From an uncultured Gammaproteobacteria bacterium (GTDB lineage: Bacteria > Patescibacteriota > Patescibacteriia > Magasanikbacterales > UBA922), in NCBI GenBank assembly GCA_964345045.1, contig CAYFPM010000001.1, forward strand, positions 1 through 42,214: 42,214 nucleotides of DNA. Direction: 5' to 3'. This document shows, piece after piece, positions 41,217-42,214 of the stretch. Within the stretch, counting starts at the first letter, position 1. The number at the start of each line of letters is the position of its first letter. Position numbers and translations under genes: made by a program. The notes under the pieces were generated by a model. That model saw only the letters and a program-made list of their open reading frames with translations, had not been told where the DNA came from and searched no databases.

Positions 41217-41996
41217 ATGAAAATTCCAAGTATCGTAGAGATGCTAAAGGCTGGTGTTCATTTTGGACATCAAGTTTCTCGTTGGCATCCAAAAATGAAG
41301 GAGTACATTTTTACCTCTAGAAACGGGGTACACGTAATTAATTTGGAGATTACCAAAGAAGAACTTGAAAAAACTTTGGAATCTGTAAAACAAATGGCAG
41401 CCGAAGGCAAAAAGATTCTTTTTGTCACTACCAAGCCACAAGCTAGAGAGATAGTAAGACAAGCAGCAATTGATTGTGAAATGCCATACTTGGTAGAGCG
41501 CTGGGTTGGTGGGTTACTTACCAACTTTTCTGAGATGAAAAAACTTTTCAAAAAGTATTTGTCTCTAAAAGAACAACAACAAAATGGTGAGCTAGAAAGA
41601 TACACCAAAGCCGAACAAGTTAAAATTAGCAAAGATTTGGAAAAAATGGATCTAACTTTGGCTGGTTTGGCCAATTTGGAAAAATTGCCAGATGCGATTT
41701 TTATTCCATCTATGCAAAGAGAAAAAACTGCGGTAACCGAAGCCAACAACATGAACGTGGACATAGTTGGTGTATGTGATACCAATGCTAATCCAGACAA
41801 AGCTACTTATGTAATCCCAGCCAATGATGATGCTGTAAATGCTATTGGCATGATTGTAGGACTAGTTGGTGAAGCTGTAAAAGAAGGTAAAAAGGAATGG
41901 GACAAAAAACAAGCTACCATGAAAAAAGCTCCAGCTGCCAAGACCATGGCCGACAAAAAAGAAGAAAGAAAAGATGTAGTTAAAGAAGCTGTTTAA
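41217..41996 (+). CDS. rpsB: 30S ribosomal protein S2
   Basis: MLKAGVHFGHQ..RW.PKM..YIF..RNG.H.INL. Lys-rich C-terminal tail. Confidence 0.96.
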   Translation: MKIPSIVEMLKAGVHFGHQVSRWHPKMKEYIFTSRNGVHVINLEITKEELEKTLESVKQMAAEGKKILFVTTKPQAREIVRQAAIDCEMPYLVERWVGGLLTNFSEMKKLFKKYLSLKEQQQNGELERYTKAEQVKISKDLEKMDLTLAGLANLEKLPDAIFIPSMQREKTAVTEANNMNVDIVGVCDTNANPDKATYVIPANDDAVNAIGMIVGLVGEAVKEGKKEWDKKQATMKKAPAAKTMADKKEERKDVVKEAV

Positions 41997-42073
41997 TGGG
42001 AGTGAGTAGTGAGGAGGCAACAGGCAATAGTTTGTTTTAAAATTAAAAATTGTAAATTTAAAATTCTAAAGAT

Positions 42074-42214
42074 ATGTCTATAAACGCTAGTGACATTGCC
42101 AAGCTAAGAGCCCAAACTGGGGCTGGTATGCTTGATTGTAAAAAAGCTCTAGAAGAATCCAATGGTGACATGGAAAAAGCCATTGATTGGCTAAGAAAAC
42201 GTGGTGTAGCCAAG
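42074..42214 (+). CDS. tsf: Elongation factor Ts, N-terminal fragment (runs off the window)
   Basis: UBA-like N-terminus [37 protein letters not shown]. Canonical rpsB-tsf order. Confidence 0.92.
   Translation, partial: MSINASDIAKLRAQTGAGMLDCKKALEESNGDMEKAIDWLRKRGVAK

Noticed and set aside
41026-41220. 64-aa plus-strand ORF upstream of rpsB
   Set aside because: It spans the divergent promoters and the rpsB leader. It has no SD and no coding periodicity.

Overview
This is a gene-dense, visibly AT-rich bacterial chromosome segment. It uses the standard code: TGA terminates conserved genes at 1253, 15500 and 16153.

Gene content in order:
- 3' end of a 23S rRNA gene, then 5S rRNA.
- Mostly housekeeping genes: thiE; a gluconeogenic cluster (fbp, class I fbaB, gap); a PRTase; a TrmB-type regulator; HAD hydrolases; a sugar nucleotidyltransferase; tdh-kbl; glmS; a YvcK/CofD-like protein.
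- An ATP-citrate-lyase-type trio: a CcsA/AclB-like ATP-grasp subunit, a SucD-like subunit and a small citrate-synthase-fold lyase.
- Two secreted proteins, an EndoQ-like PHP protein and a lysine-rich H1-like protein.
- tRNA-Ile(UAU), an RluD-like synthase, an HUH/Y1 (RAYT/IS200-like) protein, gmk, rplS, uvrA, a VirB2-like pilin fusion, a DsbA-like protein, rpsB and the 5' end of tsf.

The repertoire and compact layout resemble an uncultivated small-genome bacterium (Patescibacteria/CPR-like). That is inference only.

No CRISPR array, prophage, integrase or recognisable defence operon is visible. What stands out is structural:
1. Several single accessory genes sit exactly between housekeeping genes, each bracketed by its own repeat pair. 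A GxxExxY gene lies inside an 18-nt inverted repeat. A GNAT gene lies inside inverted (TTAAGA)n arrays. A 125-aa ORF lies between 49-bp direct repeats. A GC-rich ORF lies between two copies of one terminator hairpin.
2. Matching 'empty' palindromes and GTCAT...ATGAC hairpin elements are scattered through intergenic regions. One set interrupts a tRNA-Ile 5' copy, and one double hairpin lies in frame inside the RAYT-like gene.
3. A set of conspicuously GC-richer orphan ORFs is present. Three of them are driven by near-consensus promoters placed so close to the ATG that the mRNAs would be leaderless. Two of these flank rplS.

I propose, as a hypothesis only, a hairpin-targeted cassette insertion process, possibly linked to the Y1 protein. 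All homology calls rest on motifs I recognise, not on searches.
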